DNA of 64,000 nucleotides from Myxococcota bacterium (GCA_965228475.1 OZ245817.1:480001-544000); one strand, 5' to 3'; numbered from the stretch's first letter, positions 39,283 through 49,294 are shown. The notes: generated by a model not told the origin, from the sequence alone. Numbers and translations are program-made.

Positions 39283-40902
39283 TCAGTTGCAGCGCGAGGG
39301 TTCGAGGAACCCGCCGGCGACGCAGCTTCCGTTGCAGCAGTCCGAGTTCTCGTTGCACTCGTTGCCGGCTCCGAGGCACGCGCGGCAGGTGAAGAGGTCG
39401 CAGCGGTTGCTGCAGCAGTCGCCGTTCACGGCGCAGATGTTGCCGTTCGGCGCACAGCAATCGCCGCAGTCGAAGGCGCAGGTCGCGCAGGTCTCGCCGT
39501 TGTTGCAGCTGAAGTCGCCGCAGAAGGGGCAGACGCCGCAGTCGATGCCGCAGCTCGCGCAGTCCTCGCCGTTGTTGCAGGTGAGATCCCCGCAGAAGGG
39601 CTGCGCGGTGCAGAAGCCGAGGGAGCAGTTCCCGCTCTGACAGGCGGAGTCCTTCAGGCAGAGGGAACCGTTCGGCAGGGTGTCCTGGCAGAAGAAGAGG
39701 GCATCGCAAAAGCCGGTGCAGTCCTCGTCGATCGTGCAGCCGTAGTCCGTCGGGCAGGCTCCGCAGTCCGCCTGGCAGGTGGCGGTCGAGGAGGCGCGGC
39801 AGCTCTCGCCGGGCTCGCAGATGCCGTTGCCGCACAGGCTGCAGCGTCCGTTCGGTCCGCACTCGCCGCCGAAGCAGTCCTCGTCGACGACGCAGACGTC
39901 GCCCGGGCCGAGCTCGCCCGTGCAGTCCGCCGAGCAGGTCGTTCCGCTCTCGCCCTCGAGCGTCTCGCAGATGCCGTTGCCGCAGACGGGGCCGTTCCCA
40001 TCGCAGGGGCACTCGCAGCCGCGCTTCTGGTTGGTCAGGTATCCGCCGGGACCGACCGCGGCGACGGCGCCCGCGTAGAGCGCGGCGATCGACCGGCACG
40101 AACCGGCGCAGGCCGCCTCCGCGACGGGGAGCGAATCACAGACCGCGAGCATGTTGGCGAGGAACGCCGCGTTGCACTGGCCGAAGCCCGTGCCGCAGGT
40201 GGTGAAGCACGCGTCGTGGAGGTCGCACGGCCCGGGGTTCGCCGGGTCGCCCGTGCCGAAGGCCGCGCTCGGGCAGGCGAGCAGGGGCGTGGCGGATTCG
40301 GTCGGGTTGTTCCGATCGTAGAGGGAGGGGAGCCCGGCTCCCGCGAGCAGGTCCGCGCTGCATCCATCCGTGGCCCGCGGATCGAGGCCGTTGGCGACAC
40401 GGTCTTCGAAACAGACGCCCTCGGCGATGTCCTCCCCCTCGATGCTTCCGGTCACGACCCGTGCACCCGGGAAGACGCCGCCGTTCGCGTCGTTGCAGTC
40501 GCCGCCGTCGGCCGAGATGCCGTCGCCGTCTCCGTCGGGAGCGACGCCGGACGGCCCGGGCCGGCCGCTCGTGAAGCCCGGGACGAACAGCAGGAAGTCG
40601 TCGATGTTGACGAAGCCGTCGCCCGACATGTCGGTGCCGGTGCCCGAATCCGTACCCGCGACGAAGTCCGGCAGGAACTGCTGGAAGTCGTCGAGGTTGC
40701 AGAAGCCGTCGCCGTTGAAGTCGCAGTCGCAGGCGTTGCCGAAGCCGTCCGCATCGGTGTCGACCTGGGGCGGGGCGCCGTTCGGGACGTCGATGCAGGT
40801 GTCGACGGTGTCGGCCGCGCCATCGCCGTCCGAGCCGGCTCGCGCCGAGGAGGGCAGGGCGATCAGGACCACGGTGAGCAGGAGCTTGAGCGGCAACGAC
40901 AT
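39283..40902 (-). CDS. Secreted Cys-rich modular protein: TSP3/dockerin-like Ca-binding N-terminus, PLA2-like domain, Cys-rich repeats
   Basis: Signal ending ARA; DTDADGFGNACDCDFNGDG, DMSGDGFVNIDD; CDLHDACFTTCG...CN..F...M..VC; CG(N/D)..C..GE.C..C..DCG repeats. Confidence 0.85.
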   Translation of the reverse strand: MSLPLKLLLTVVLIALPSSARAGSDGDGAADTVDTCIDVPNGAPPQVDTDADGFGNACDCDFNGDGFCNLDDFQQFLPDFVAGTDSGTGTDMSGDGFVNIDDFLLFVPGFTSGRPGPSGVAPDGDGDGISADGGDCNDANGGVFPGARVVTGSIEGEDIAEGVCFEDRVANGLDPRATDGCSADLLAGAGLPSLYDRNNPTESATPLLACPSAAFGTGDPANPGPCDLHDACFTTCGTGFGQCNAAFLANMLAVCDSLPVAEAACAGSCRSIAALYAGAVAAVGPGGYLTNQKRGCECPCDGNGPVCGNGICETLEGESGTTCSADCTGELGPGDVCVVDEDCFGGECGPNGRCSLCGNGICEPGESCRASSTATCQADCGACPTDYGCTIDEDCTGFCDALFFCQDTLPNGSLCLKDSACQSGNCSLGFCTAQPFCGDLTCNNGEDCASCGIDCGVCPFCGDFSCNNGETCATCAFDCGDCCAPNGNICAVNGDCCSNRCDLFTCRACLGAGNECNENSDCCNGSCVAGGFLEPSRCN

Positions 40903-41114
40903 GGGGTCTCCGCCGCCAGTGTGTCCGATCCCCCCGTGCATTGCTCCGCCTTTTTCGGCCTCTCCCCGCCTCCTGGCGGCTTGCGCATCGGTTGCCGGTC
41001 TCCGGCCGGCGGGAATCGGCCCATCGCCCGCCGCCGCCGGGTGCGTCGGCAGGAATGCCCGGGTCGGACTTTCCGAGCCCGGGCGGGCGGGCCTCCCTGC
41101 GCGTCCTGCGCGGT

Positions 41115-41130
41115 TGGCACGTTCGATGCT
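41115..41130 (+). promoter_or_regulatory. Sigma54 promoter
   Basis: TGGCACGTTCGATGCT (GG-N10-GC), 26 nt upstream of the 41157 ATG. Confidence 0.65.
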
Positions 41131-41156
41131 CTAGCTCCCGACAGGAGGTGAGTGTC

Positions 41157-41495
41157 ATGAAGAAGCTGAACTCGAGAATCGCTGCGGCTCTCTTCGGAAT
41201 GATCGTCCTGGCCACGGCCGGGGTCGCTCAGTCCGAGGCACCGGCCAACCCGATCGCCCGGCCGCTCACGGTGACGGGAATGATCGAGCCGGTCGCCGAC
41301 CCGCTCTTCGGTGCGACGACGCCCGTGCAGATCGTCTCCGCGGACGCGGGGACGTTCCTCGTCGCGAACGAAGGCGTGGGGAAGGATCTTCGCGCCCACG
41401 TCGGCGTGAAGGTGACGGTGGTCGCGAAGCCCGAGGCCGACGTCGACGGCAAGCCGCTCCTGCGGGTTCTCCGCTACGAGCTGCACGAGAGCTGA
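41157..41495 (+). CDS. Small secreted protein, possibly OB-fold
   Basis: RBS AGGAGG; signal MKKLNSRIAAALFGMIVLATAGVAQS; ...HVGVKVTVVA...LRV..Y pattern. Confidence 0.75.
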   Translation: MKKLNSRIAAALFGMIVLATAGVAQSEAPANPIARPLTVTGMIEPVADPLFGATTPVQIVSADAGTFLVANEGVGKDLRAHVGVKVTVVAKPEADVDGKPLLRVLRYELHES

Positions 41496-41611
41496 GCCGG
41501 AGTTGAGCGTTCGGCTCCGTGGCGCGCTCGAAGGAGCCCGCCGCGGGGCCGATTCGCCAAGTTGCGGGGCATTCCGAAGCGAGCCACGTTCCACTCGCGT
41601 CAGGAGGCCCC

Positions 41612-42100
41612 ATGACCGTCGCCGTCAACGGAATCGCGCACATCCAGCTCACCGTCGGGAACGCATCGCACTGCATTCCCTTCTGGGAATCGCTCTGCCA
41701 CTTCCTCGACATGAAGACCCTGATCAAGAACGAGGAGGTCCTCTATTGCATCGGGAGCCGCACCGGCATCCTGATCCGCGGTGCACCGAAGGGAAAGGAG
41801 GACGTGCCCTTCGACCAGGAGACGCCCGGTCTGCACCACTTCTGTTTCCGCGCCCGCGCCCGGGAGGACGTCGACGCCGTCCATACCTTCGTCGACGAGA
41901 CCCTCGGCGCGCGCATCATCCATGGTCCGGAGGAGGGCGCCTTCGCGCCCGGGTACTACTCGATCCTCTTCGAGGATCCCGACGGCATCCGCGTCGAGGT
42001 GAACCACGTCCCGGGCCGCGGCCACTTCGACCAGGGCGGACGGCTCGGCGAGGGCGGGCCCGGGGCCGCGAGTACCTACGGCGAAGACGGGATGGCCTGA
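41612..42100 (+). CDS. VOC/glyoxalase family protein
   Basis: GIAHIQLTV, PGLHHFCFRA, GYYSILFEDPDGIRVEV. Confidence 0.92.
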   Translation: MTVAVNGIAHIQLTVGNASHCIPFWESLCHFLDMKTLIKNEEVLYCIGSRTGILIRGAPKGKEDVPFDQETPGLHHFCFRARAREDVDAVHTFVDETLGARIIHGPEEGAFAPGYYSILFEDPDGIRVEVNHVPGRGHFDQGGRLGEGGPGAASTYGEDGMA

Positions 42101-42101
42101 G

Positions 42102-42170
42102 CCGGGAAAGCCGGCGCCTCCCGTCCGGGAAATCCGGTGCCTCCCGTCCGGGAAAGCCGGCGCCTCCCGT
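42102..42170. repeat. Three tandem 23-bp repeats
   Basis: CCGGGAAAGCCGGCGCCTCCCGT / CCGGGAAATCCGGTGCCTCCCGT / CCGGGAAAGCCGGCGCCTCCCGT, no spacers. Confidence 0.92.
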
Positions 42171-42213
42171 CGTTCCCGCGACACCCGCCGCCCGGGGACG
42201 TCCACTACTCCGT

Positions 42214-43038
42214 ATGGTGTTCCGCAGCCGCCGGGTTCTCGTCTGTGCCGTGCTTGCCGGCGGGTGGCTTTGCGGAGGAGGCCCCGCTCGGGCGCTGGAG
42301 ATCGTCGGCCGGTTCAACGGAGGCGACCTCCCGGCTCCTGCGCTGCTCGCGGGCGGCGGCTCGGTCGAGGAGGTCTTCGAAGCGGCCGCCTCGCTCTGGG
42401 AAACGCACATTCTCGATTCCCACACCCTCGAGATCCAGTACGCCTGGGTGGCCTTTCCCGACGATACGCTCGGCAACGCGTTCGGGTTCGCCGGCCCCGA
42501 TGGCCGGGTGACGTCGGCCTTCATCACCCTCGACAACGACAGTCCCTGGTTCCTAGACCCGACACCCGGGGATTCCTCGGAATGGGCGAGCTTCCTCGAG
42601 CAGCGCTTCGATCTCGGCGCGGGCGAACTCGTCGTCGGGCGGGACTTCACGGATCCGCTGGGCGATGCCCAGCTCGGATGGGACCTCTTCACGGTCTTTC
42701 TCCACGAGATCGGCCACGCCCTCGGCATGGGCGTCGAGTACGCGCGCTACCGAGCCGAAACCGCGGACGGCGACGTCGACGTTGCATCGCCGCTGCCCTT
42801 CGCCGGGACGGAACTCCTCGTGACACCGTCCGGCGGCGCCCACCTGCTGTTGACGTCCGCCTTGCTCTTCCCCTCCGTGAGCCGGGACGCCCGCACGCTC
42901 CCCTCCGATGCCGACGTGCTCGCCGTGGCCCAGGCGGGAAACTTCCGCGAGGTGAGTCTCGCGGTTCCCGAGCCGAAGCTCGTGGGGCTGCTGCTCGCCG
43001 CCGGGCTCGGTGCCGCGTACTTCCGCCGCCCTCGCTAG
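42214..43038 (+). CDS. PEP-CTERM matrixin-like zinc metallopeptidase
   Basis: Signal ending ARA; HEIGHALG; VPEPK + TM + RRPR tail. Confidence 0.85.
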   Translation: MVFRSRRVLVCAVLAGGWLCGGGPARALEIVGRFNGGDLPAPALLAGGGSVEEVFEAAASLWETHILDSHTLEIQYAWVAFPDDTLGNAFGFAGPDGRVTSAFITLDNDSPWFLDPTPGDSSEWASFLEQRFDLGAGELVVGRDFTDPLGDAQLGWDLFTVFLHEIGHALGMGVEYARYRAETADGDVDVASPLPFAGTELLVTPSGGAHLLLTSALLFPSVSRDARTLPSDADVLAVAQAGNFREVSLAVPEPKLVGLLLAAGLGAAYFRRPR

Positions 43039-45383
43039 AGGAGCGGTTCGAGCCGGAGTGTCTCTCCGCGCACCTCCTCGAAGTGCGCGGGCAGCGCATC
43101 GAGCTCGCCGCGGAGCCACGGCTCGATCTGGTCGTCGTAGTGCGGGTCGAAGGGGTGGCCGGCCTGGCCGCCCGGGAGGATCGCGCGGATGCGCATCGGG
43201 TCCCCCATCTCGACGACGGTGCGCATGGCGGCACCGGCTCGGACGCGCTCCGGACGGTCGTATCGGTAGCGGGCCCGTCCCACGCTCGCGTGGTCGCCGC
43301 CCCAGGGAAACGGTCCGCGGTCGAGCCAGCGGGAAAGCGGCGGGACGGCCGCCGCCAGCTCGTGCACGAGGTGGACGGCGTGGTTCGCTTCCCACCGCCA
43401 GCTCGCGTCGTTCGGATCGAAACCCTGGCTCGCCGTTTCGAGGGCGCCGCGGACGAGGGTCTGCCGCTCGCCCCGCCACCACGGGGACGCTTCCGTCGGG
43501 GCGAGGATCAGCCCATCGAGGGCGTGGTTCAGGACGTAGTTGTTCTTCAAGAGCCGTCGATGGAGCTCCGGCCCGAGACGCTCGGCAAAGACCGCCTCCG
43601 CCAGGGCGAGGTACCAGCGCAGGAAGATCGTCGGTGCGGTCGCCGCGGGTTCGTTGACGAGGCCGGGCTCGGCGGCCTGCCAGGCCTCGAGCTCCGTCCG
43701 CGCGCTCGCGGCGGCAGGCGAGAGCGCCCCGTCTCCCAGCAGCGTGAGCAGGTGCGGCAGGAGACGCGCCGCCTGTCCGTTGTGCCAGTCCATCTGGAGG
43801 GCGCGCATCGTCTCCGGCGTGTGATCCCGGCGGCCCGCGAGTACTTCCTGGATCCGGCCGATGCGGTAGCCCGGCGCGTTGTCCGCGGAGACGAGCGGGC
43901 CGGCGCCCGGCGGGTTCACCCGCGCGTTGGCCGCTGCGACGAACCCCTTGGGCGGGTCGATCTCCCGCGGCAGCTCCGCCATCGGGATGAAGCCCCGCCA
44001 TCCCGCTTCCGCCTCGTGGCCCGGCTGCGGAAGGAGCCCCGTGCCCCGGCCGCGCACCGGCAGGAGCCCGACGCTCCGGAAGGCGATGCGGCCCTCGGCG
44101 TCCGCATAGGTGGCGTTGGCGCTCGGCGCGGCGAGCCGGTCGAGGGCGTCGCTCGCGGCGTCCCAGTCCTCTGCGAGGTTGAGTGCGAACAGCGCATCGA
44201 TCCCGAAGCGGTGCTCGGCGGCGTGGTGGCCCGTCCAGGCGAGCGAGAGCGGCGGGTCCTCCTCGAGGAGCGGGCCGTGGCGCGTGTGGACGATCTCGAA
44301 GACCTCGTCCTCACTGCCGCGGACCCGGATCCGGGCTTCCTCGGTGCGCGCCTCGTACCAGCCGTCCGGCCCGAGGAAGCGCAGCGGGTCTTCGGGGTCG
44401 CGCGTCTCGAGGAAGAGGTCCTGGCTGTCGCCGATGTTCGTGAAGCCCCAGGCGAGCCGGTCGTTGATTCCGTTGATGACGCCCGGCAGCCCCGGCACCG
44501 ACCAGCCGCGCAGGCTGCGTTCGCCGAAGAAGAGGTGGACTTCATAGTGGAGGTTCGGGAGGGCGAGCGCATCGTGGGAGTCGAAGGCGAACAGCGGCAC
44601 GCCGGAAGCCGTTCGCGAGCCGGCGACCGCCCAGCCGTTGCTGCCCCGCGAGAGGCTCGGGAGCAGGGCCTGTTCGTAGGCGTCGAGGGCGTCGCGCCGG
44701 GCGAGCATGCGCCGCGCCGCGGCCGCATCCACGACGTAGGGGAAGTCCGGGACGCGGGATTCGTCCGGGAGGAACGCGGCGATCTCCTCGGGCGAGGTCG
44801 CGCTCGCGATGGCGTAGCGCAACAGCTCGTTGCCGGCGTTCCGTCCGGAGGCGTAGGCCATGGCCGCGCCGAGGGCGTAGACGTCGGCCGGTGTCCAGCG
44901 GCGAAGGGGAGTCCAGGTGAGGAGGAGTTCGGGCGGACGGGCATCGAGCCCTTCGAGCCCGGCGTTCACGCCGTCGACGTAGCGGCCGACCAGGGTCCGT
45001 GCTTTCGCATCGGCGTTGGCCTCGATCTCCGCGGCGAGCTGCGGCACGCCCATCTTCCAGAGTTCGCGGTCCGTCTCGAGCAGGGGAGGGCCGAGCAGCT
45101 CCGCGAGCCGCGCCTGGCCGGCGCGGCTGAGAAGCTCCATCTGCCAGAGCCGTTCGCGGGCGTGGAGCACACCCTGGGCGAAGAACGCGTCGCCGAGCGT
45201 CTCGGCGCGCACGTAGGGCCGAGCGCGTTCGTCGAAGCGGATCGTCACCGGCGCAGCGAGCCCGGGAAGCGCGAGCGTCCCGGTGCGCTCGATCCGGGAG
45301 GCGTGGACCCGCCAGCCGAAGACGAGTGCACCCGCCGCCAGTGCGAGGAGCAGGAGCCCGAGCGCCTGGCCGAGGCGCTTCAC
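43035..45383 (-). CDS. Penicillin acylase family Ntn-hydrolase (peptidase S45)
   Basis: N-terminal TM; AQGVLHARERLWQM; GSNGWAV N-terminal nucleophile; PGGQAGHP..PHY.DQ. Confidence 0.93.
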   Translation of the reverse strand: MKRLGQALGLLLLALAAGALVFGWRVHASRIERTGTLALPGLAAPVTIRFDERARPYVRAETLGDAFFAQGVLHARERLWQMELLSRAGQARLAELLGPPLLETDRELWKMGVPQLAAEIEANADAKARTLVGRYVDGVNAGLEGLDARPPELLLTWTPLRRWTPADVYALGAAMAYASGRNAGNELLRYAIASATSPEEIAAFLPDESRVPDFPYVVDAAAARRMLARRDALDAYEQALLPSLSRGSNGWAVAGSRTASGVPLFAFDSHDALALPNLHYEVHLFFGERSLRGWSVPGLPGVINGINDRLAWGFTNIGDSQDLFLETRDPEDPLRFLGPDGWYEARTEEARIRVRGSEDEVFEIVHTRHGPLLEEDPPLSLAWTGHHAAEHRFGIDALFALNLAEDWDAASDALDRLAAPSANATYADAEGRIAFRSVGLLPVRGRGTGLLPQPGHEAEAGWRGFIPMAELPREIDPPKGFVAAANARVNPPGAGPLVSADNAPGYRIGRIQEVLAGRRDHTPETMRALQMDWHNGQAARLLPHLLTLLGDGALSPAAASARTELEAWQAAEPGLVNEPAATAPTIFLRWYLALAEAVFAERLGPELHRRLLKNNYVLNHALDGLILAPTEASPWWRGERQTLVRGALETASQGFDPNDASWRWEANHAVHLVHELAAAVPPLSRWLDRGPFPWGGDHASVGRARYRYDRPERVRAGAAMRTVVEMGDPMRIRAILPGGQAGHPFDPHYDDQIEPWLRGELDALPAHFEEVRGETLRLEPLL

Positions 45384-46240
45384 GCCGCCGCGTCGAGCCC
45401 CGCGCGCGCGCTCACGTCCTGGCAGGCCGCGACGAGGGCGGGTACGAAGACGTCCGCGCGAGCGACGCAGGCGGCGTGGTCCCCCTCCACCTCGAACACG
45501 CGTGCGCCGGGGATCGCCTCCGCGAGCCCGCGCTGGCGCCGCGGCGGGACGAGTTCGTCCTTCGTCGTGACGATCACGGCCGTCGGGACGTCGACCTCCC
45601 CGATCCACGCGTGCGAGGAGAAGCTGCCGACGGCGCCGGTCGCCTGGATCACGCTCGGACCGTCGTGGCCCGAGAGTTCCTCGGCGACCCGGCTGCGCAT
45701 GCCCTCGTGCTGGATTCCCGAGAGCGTGCGTTCGAGCATGCGGCGCTGCACGAGACCGGGGACGAGCCGCGCGCCCGTGGCGACCCAGGGCATGAGCCAC
45801 CGGGCGAAGGGGCTCGCGTGGCGTGTGCTGAAATGTCGCGCCGTCGCGGCGAGGACGAGGCCGGCGATGCTCTCGGGGTGGCGCCGCCAGGCGAGCGAGG
45901 CGATCGGTCCGCCCATCGAGTAGCCCACGGCGATGAGGCGTCTCGCTCCGAGATCGAAGGCCGCGTCGACGGCGTCGTCGGCGCAGTCTTCGAGCCGGAA
46001 GCGGCGCGTGCGCAGGCCGCGGCCGTGGCCGCGGTGGTCGATCGCCAACACGCGGAAGTGTTCGGAGAGCGGGCGGAACGCGGGGCCCCAGTTCAGCCGG
46101 GCGGTGGCGCCCAGGCCGTGGAGCAGCAGCACGGCAGGCGCGTCCGGGTGCGGCCCCGGGATGTCCCGCATGAAGACGTCGCCGCGTTCTTCGAGGGTGA
46201 TGATGCGGTCGATCGGCCGCTCTTCTTCCTTTGCCGCCAT
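45380..46240 (-). CDS. Alpha/beta hydrolase
   Basis: LLHG, DHRGHG, GYSMGG nucleophile elbow, DELVPP, GDH. Confidence 0.92.
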   Translation of the reverse strand: MAAKEEERPIDRIITLEERGDVFMRDIPGPHPDAPAVLLLHGLGATARLNWGPAFRPLSEHFRVLAIDHRGHGRGLRTRRFRLEDCADDAVDAAFDLGARRLIAVGYSMGGPIASLAWRRHPESIAGLVLAATARHFSTRHASPFARWLMPWVATGARLVPGLVQRRMLERTLSGIQHEGMRSRVAEELSGHDGPSVIQATGAVGSFSSHAWIGEVDVPTAVIVTTKDELVPPRRQRGLAEAIPGARVFEVEGDHAACVARADVFVPALVAACQDVSARAGLDAAA

Positions 46241-46331
46241 GAATCTCCGTCCCGTCCTGCGCGTCCGAACCATGATGGCACGCCCCGCGCTTCTTGACCC
46301 CTCGGACGGTAGTTGGGACACTCGACGGGTG

Positions 46332-47108
46332 ATGTCCGCCCGAAGCTCCCGCCCGGCATCGTGGAAGCGATGGCTCGGCGCCGCCGTTCTCGGTCTCGCC
46401 GCGTTTCAGATGAGCCTCCCCGCCCTGGCCATGGAGGGCCGCGGCCGCAGCATGGAAGGGCGCGGCCGGGGCCCGATCCGCATGCCCATGCCGCCGACCG
46501 GTCCGCCCCCGAGCCTGCCGCCCGGGACGATCCTGCCGGGCATGCCGCCGGGCGTGAGCCAGGCGATCCTGAACTCGCTCCGCCGCCGCTCGATTCCGCG
46601 CATGGGCCCGATCTCGGACGAGCAGCTCATCGCCGAGCTCAACGCGGAGCTGCGGCGCGCCCAGAACGATCTCAACAACCACCAGGGCTCGTACAACATC
46701 ATCCGCGTGATCAAGTACGGAGGCGCGCTCGTCGCCGTACTCACCGGCACCGCCTTCTTCGGTCCGGCAGGGGGTCTCGCCGCAGGCGCGCTTTTCCGCG
46801 GCACGGAGGGGACGACCGAAGTGTTCGTCCGTTCGAGGGATTCCCAGCGGACCGGCCGGGAGGTCGTCTACCAGGGGCTCGGCGAGCTCGCCGGGGCGGC
46901 CACTGGGAATCCGGTCGTCGGATTCGTGGTTCGGGCCGGGACCAAGGAAGGCGCCCGCGCGATCGGCGAGGCCGATCTCACCTTCCTGTTCGAGAACGAG
47001 AAGAAGCGCGGCGGGGTGAAGACCTCGGGCGCCAACGCGCGAACGGAGAGCTCGCACCCCGGTTTCGGACCCTCCTCGCCGGCCGGCTGGCGGGGGCCGA
47101 TCAAGTGA
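46332..47108 (+). CDS. Secreted hypothetical protein (MEGRGR repeats, Pro-rich, coiled coil, Gly-rich hydrophobic helices)
   Basis: Signal ending PALA then MEGRGRSMEGRGRG; host-like codon usage; GTGA overlap with next gene. Confidence 0.75.
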   Translation: MSARSSRPASWKRWLGAAVLGLAAFQMSLPALAMEGRGRSMEGRGRGPIRMPMPPTGPPPSLPPGTILPGMPPGVSQAILNSLRRRSIPRMGPISDEQLIAELNAELRRAQNDLNNHQGSYNIIRVIKYGGALVAVLTGTAFFGPAGGLAAGALFRGTEGTTEVFVRSRDSQRTGREVVYQGLGELAGAATGNPVVGFVVRAGTKEGARAIGEADLTFLFENEKKRGGVKTSGANARTESSHPGFGPSSPAGWRGPIK

Positions 47109-47977
47109 CGGAGTTCCGCCGGCGGGGCGCCCGCCACGCTTTCTCCCTCGTGTTCGGTCTGCTCACTCTCTTCGTGGGGCTTCCCGCGGCCGGGGCCGAA
47201 CCCGTCGACGACGCGGCCGTGGCCGCGGGCCTCGACTCGCTCCACGTGAGTCAGACGGTGGCCTGGGCGCTCGAGGGCGTGGCCCGGCCGGAGAAGATCG
47301 GCCGCGTGCGCTTCGCCGCAGAAGCCGCACGCCCCAGGCTGGACCCGGATGTCCATGCCGCCGGCATGCGCCTCGCCGACGTCACGATCGCGGGCGAGGA
47401 GGTCGCGCAGGAGGGAGGCCGGCGCGTGTTCGGCACGCTGACCCACGAGAGCCCTCTCGGCTTCCGGGCGATCAACGACTTCGCGGCCCGCTACCGCACC
47501 GAGAAGGGACGCTACGTCGTCGAGGAGAGTCACGCGCAGGCCCGCTTCCTCGAGGCGCCGCGGGTCGCGTTCGCCGCGGTCGAGGCGGCGAAGGTGCCCG
47601 CGGAGTTCCTCGGCGGCGCCTACGAGCCCCATCGGCTCGTTTCATTCCTGAGGAAGAACGGCGTCGACCCGACGCGGGTCGACGAGGCGCCGCGCGAGTA
47701 CGTCGTGTTCGCCGTCCTGCTCGACCGCCTCCCGCCCGGGAAGGGGTTCTTCGTCTCCGACGAGACCAGGAAGAAGAAGAAGCCCAAGCGCACCGAAGCC
47801 GGGCTGACGGTGTTCTCGCGCGAGCGGTGGCACGCTGCCGCGCTGCGATCGACCTTCGCCTTCGGCGCGAAGAAGCCCCGCTACTTCCACGCCGCCGTCA
47901 CGGACGAGCGGGGCCGTTCCAAGCGCGTCGGTCTGCTCGAAAGCGGCGGTCTCGTCCCCTTCGAGCCGGAGGGATGA
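47105..47977 (+). CDS. Secreted hypothetical protein
   Basis: GTG 47105; signal ending AAGA; coupled to both neighbours by 4-nt overlaps. Confidence 0.75.
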   Translation: MTEFRRRGARHAFSLVFGLLTLFVGLPAAGAEPVDDAAVAAGLDSLHVSQTVAWALEGVARPEKIGRVRFAAEAARPRLDPDVHAAGMRLADVTIAGEEVAQEGGRRVFGTLTHESPLGFRAINDFAARYRTEKGRYVVEESHAQARFLEAPRVAFAAVEAAKVPAEFLGGAYEPHRLVSFLRKNGVDPTRVDEAPREYVVFAVLLDRLPPGKGFFVSDETRKKKKPKRTEAGLTVFSRERWHAAALRSTFAFGAKKPRYFHAAVTDERGRSKRVGLLESGGLVPFEPEG

Positions 47978-49284
47978 GGCCGCTCGGGCGGCGGGCCCTT
48001 CTGAAGGGCGCGCTAGGCAGCGTGGCCCTCGGGCTCGCGGGGTCGCGTCTCGGGCGCGCGGAAGTTGCTCCCGCGAAGACCGCGACCTACTTCGTGCCCG
48101 GGTATGCACCGGATCGGGCCTACCACCGGGGGCGCCCCGTGCGCGAGGATCCGGCGCTCACTGCCGCGGTCCCGCGAGATTGGCAGGGCGCCCTCTCGCT
48201 CCTGACCCGGGTCGACGAAGGCGACGGCTCGGTCCGCCGCGCGCTCTTCCCCGTGGCCGGCCACGAGATCACGATCTCCCCGGACGGCCAACACGGCGTG
48301 TTCAACAGCCTGAACGACGGCCACTGCGTCGCGTTCTCGCCCGAAACGCTCGAGTCCCGCGGCATCCACTCCCACGGAGAGGGCTTCATCGGCGCGGGGC
48401 ACGCCTTCTATCTGCCCGAAGGCGGCCCGCTCGTGATCGCGGAAAGGCGGGAGTGGCGGGCGTACACGGGCAAGCCCGAGGATCACCACGGCCGCATCAC
48501 CCTGCGCGACCCGGAGACCTTCGCGCTGCTCGAAGCCTTCGATTGCCGCGGCATGGCGCCCCACGAGATCGGTCTCACCGCGGACGGCCGGCACGTCGCC
48601 GTGGCGAACTACGGCAAGACGCTCTGGCCCGACGGCACCTGGCGCGACGGGCTGCTCCATCGCGTCGCACCGAGCCTGACCGTGATCGAGCTCGCGAGCG
48701 GGCGGCTCGTCCACGAGGTCCGAAACCCGGACCCGCGCCACGAGGTCCGTCACCTCGCGGCCCACAGCCTCTCGCGCGTGTTCGCGATCTCGGCGCGGAT
48801 GGAGAGCTTCGGAGAGGGGCAGAAGTCCATGCGCGACTGGGAGGAAGGCGTCTACGAAGCGGACGTCTACTCCGGCGGCGAAGAGATCGGGTACCTGCCT
48901 TCGCCGCTCCTGCGCTACGAGCTCACGGAGGGTCCCTCCCGGGCGACGGAGTCGTTCACCGAGGACCCGCTCTTCATGCGCTACGGCCAGAGCATCGTCT
49001 ACGACCCGGCCCACGACGAAGTCATCGCGACCTATCCGACCCGGCACGCGGTGGTGGTCTTCTCGGGAGAGGACGGCGCCGTCCGTCGCGTCCTCCGCAC
49101 GGATCGCCTGGGTCTGCGGCAGCCGCGCGGCGTGGTGCTGCACCCCGATGGCAGGCACTACGTCGTTTCGGGATGGTGGCAGGGCGCGCGGGCCTTTTCG
49201 CGGGGGGAACACGCGCCGGTGTCGCGCCTCGACCGGCACGAGGTCTGGTTCGGCCACAGTCACCTGGCGGTTGCGGCGGCCTGA
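47974..49284 (+). CDS. Tat-exported DUF1513-like beta-propeller protein
   Basis: GRRALLKG twin-arginine signal; GH, GHA, APHEIGL..DG..VAVANYG, PSL..I....G.L, RHLA motifs. Confidence 0.75.
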   Translation: MRPLGRRALLKGALGSVALGLAGSRLGRAEVAPAKTATYFVPGYAPDRAYHRGRPVREDPALTAAVPRDWQGALSLLTRVDEGDGSVRRALFPVAGHEITISPDGQHGVFNSLNDGHCVAFSPETLESRGIHSHGEGFIGAGHAFYLPEGGPLVIAERREWRAYTGKPEDHHGRITLRDPETFALLEAFDCRGMAPHEIGLTADGRHVAVANYGKTLWPDGTWRDGLLHRVAPSLTVIELASGRLVHEVRNPDPRHEVRHLAAHSLSRVFAISARMESFGEGQKSMRDWEEGVYEADVYSGGEEIGYLPSPLLRYELTEGPSRATESFTEDPLFMRYGQSIVYDPAHDEVIATYPTRHAVVVFSGEDGAVRRVLRTDRLGLRQPRGVVLHPDGRHYVVSGWWQGARAFSRGEHAPVSRLDRHEVWFGHSHLAVAAA

Positions 49285-49294
49285 ACGTTCCCGG

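Noticed and set aside
42102..42170. CRISPR array
   Set aside because: Repeats are head-to-tail with no spacers, and there are no cas genes.
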